The notes under the pieces: generated by a model | Seen by the model: the letters and a program-made list of their open reading frames with translations, nothing else | Database searches by the model: none | Told to the model about the DNA's origin: nothing | Origin: Sphingobacteriales bacterium | Lineage (GTDB): Bacteria; Bacteroidota; Bacteroidia; Chitinophagales; Chitinophagaceae | Direction: 5' to 3' | Assembly: GCA_016219985.1 (NCBI GenBank) | Contig: JACRJO010000037.1 | Span: forward strand, 72,251 to 136,250 | Length of the DNA: 64,000 nt | Part shown: positions 62,701-64,000 of the stretch, in pieces | How positions within the stretch are numbered: the stretch's first letter is position 1 | How the letters are laid out: every line of letters begins with the position of its first letter | Made by a program: the position numbers and the translations under genes

Positions 62701-63444
62701 TTATTTAATCTGTTTTGTCAGTATTTCAACCACTTTGCGGGCTTCGTCCATTTTTCCCGCAGGTACCGGGATCCGTATAATTTCCTGCTGCACGCCCTGC
62801 AGGGTGGGAAATTCAAAAATGATATGGAGTACGGGTATTTCGCCCTCGGTATAAATATCCGTTCCGACCAGGTAAGCGCCCAGCTGAGTCCAGGTTTGGA
62901 AACTGCCGCCTGTAAATGCTGCTTTTTCCCCGACCAGGGAAACCTGCACTCCTTTTTTCAGGTAATGGCTCCGGATTCGGGGAGCAAGGAAAGCCACTAC
63001 GGATAACAGCAGTATGATCCCGGCAATGATCAGGATAAAGAGATTGTCGCGGTAAATCAGCAGCAGGATCGCACCGACGACCAGGGACACAATGATCACC
63101 AACCGGAGCGTGGCTTTGTTTACCGCGATCATTTCTTTGAGGTCTTCTTTTATGAAGGCCTCCCATTCTTCCTGTGTGTACGTCCAGCGGGCGAGGGGAT
63201 TCAACCCATTCATCAGTTTGTCAAATTCCTTTGCCCTTGGTATATACAGGATCGCTGTTACCAGTGAGGTCATGGCGAGGAAACCGAACAGGACGATCAG
63301 CGCATATCCGCCTTTCATTCCATCCATACCGCTGTAGCCGGTAATAATGGCCCCGGCAATCATCAGGGCGGTGACCAGGAATGCATTCCGCATTACCCTG
63401 CGGGGTTTGTTGACAATGCCGGCTGTGATTTCTGCTGTATTCAT
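62701..63444 (-). CDS. Hypothetical membrane protein (4 TM)
   Basis: Hydrophobic segments; ARWTYTQEEW motif. Confidence 0.65.
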   Translation of the reverse strand: MNTAEITAGIVNKPRRVMRNAFLVTALMIAGAIITGYSGMDGMKGGYALIVLFGFLAMTSLVTAILYIPRAKEFDKLMNGLNPLARWTYTQEEWEAFIKEDLKEMIAVNKATLRLVIIVSLVVGAILLLIYRDNLFILIIAGIILLLSVVAFLAPRIRSHYLKKGVQVSLVGEKAAFTGGSFQTWTQLGAYLVGTDIYTEGEIPVLHIIFEFPTLQGVQQEIIRIPVPAGKMDEARKVVEILTKQIK

Positions 63445-63453
63445 TTTTTCTTT

Positions 63454-64000
63454 TTATTTTATTTCTATCTCCCCGTCCCAGCCAAACTGTACATACTGGG
63501 GGCCGGAACTGGTTAATAAGCGGGTAAGGGTGGTGCCCCGACTGGAAACGGTGATATTCACATTCAGCGGCAGACCGTTGAATGTGAATTTTCCCTTACT
63601 GTCCGTGATGGCTGATTTCGCGATATTCTGCCCGTTATACGTATACTTTATGGAAACGGTAATACCAGGCAGCGGGACTCCTTCCAGGTCAAACGGATTA
63701 TTTTTCCCGGCTTCTTCCCTTGTTTTAAAAACGGTTCCGTACAATGAGCCTGCTGAAACATTCCCGGTGGCCGGCTGAGTTGACGGCGGGGGAGCGGTTT
63801 CATCCGCGGGGAGATTGATCGTTACCCGGATCGTCTTCCCTGAAGCCAGGTCTGCCGAAATGGTTTTATGATGATGGTTATTGTAAGATGCGTGGATGCT
63901 CACCATCCCGGCGGGTACATTGTTCAGGGTGAATTCTCCCTTGCTGTTTGCCGTGGCATTGATAATGCCCCCGGCGCTGATGAGGGCGCCTGCGGCTGGC
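63454..64000 (-). CDS. Carboxypeptidase-regulatory-like repeat protein, 5'-truncated by the window edge
   Basis: Frame is open from 63999 to the stop; two repeats ending ANSKGEFTLNNVP and TDSKGKFTFNGLP. Confidence 0.75.
   Translation of the reverse strand, partial: PAAGALISAGGIINATANSKGEFTLNNVPAGMVSIHASYNNHHHKTISADLASGKTIRVTINLPADETAPPPSTQPATGNVSAGSLYGTVFKTREEAGKNNPFDLEGVPLPGITVSIKYTYNGQNIAKSAITDSKGKFTFNGLPLNVNITVSSRGTTLTRLLTSSGPQYVQFGWDGEIEIK

Overview
64-kb chromosomal window from a Bacteroidota genome, probably Chitinophagaceae-like (inferred from gene content, TAnnTTTG promoters and T9SS/Q-rule proteins). Housekeeping content: rplU-rpmA, GH3-dxr-rseP, tmRNA, a complete his operon, lpdA, a 2-oxo-acid dehydrogenase E2, cinA, dacB, rpmB-rpmG-DUF4295(bL38), ftsY and rimO. 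Accessory content: a decayed island at the tmRNA 3' end (recombinase C-terminal remnant plus a Fic gene with two tandem palindromic operators), GH97, a five-gene NarL/HisKA_3 signalling cluster with 14 PAS-like domains, and a putative iron/metal locus. Several elements are missed by the ORF track: a His leader peptide with attenuator, a 59-aa membrane protein coupled inside the his operon, a 40-aa lipoprotein upstream of ytxJ, and a receiver protein that appears to start at CTG. The most unusual signal is a set of small repeats: strand-polar 7/8-nt tandem tracts next to start and stop codons, a REP-like palindrome that inserts into those tracts and carries nested hairpins, a ~205-bp triplicated element, and repeat units apparently kept in frame inside CinA, an S9 peptidase and the E2 linker. 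No CRISPR array, rRNA, tRNA, intact transposase or prophage was seen. All calls come from reading the sequence only; no database search was run.
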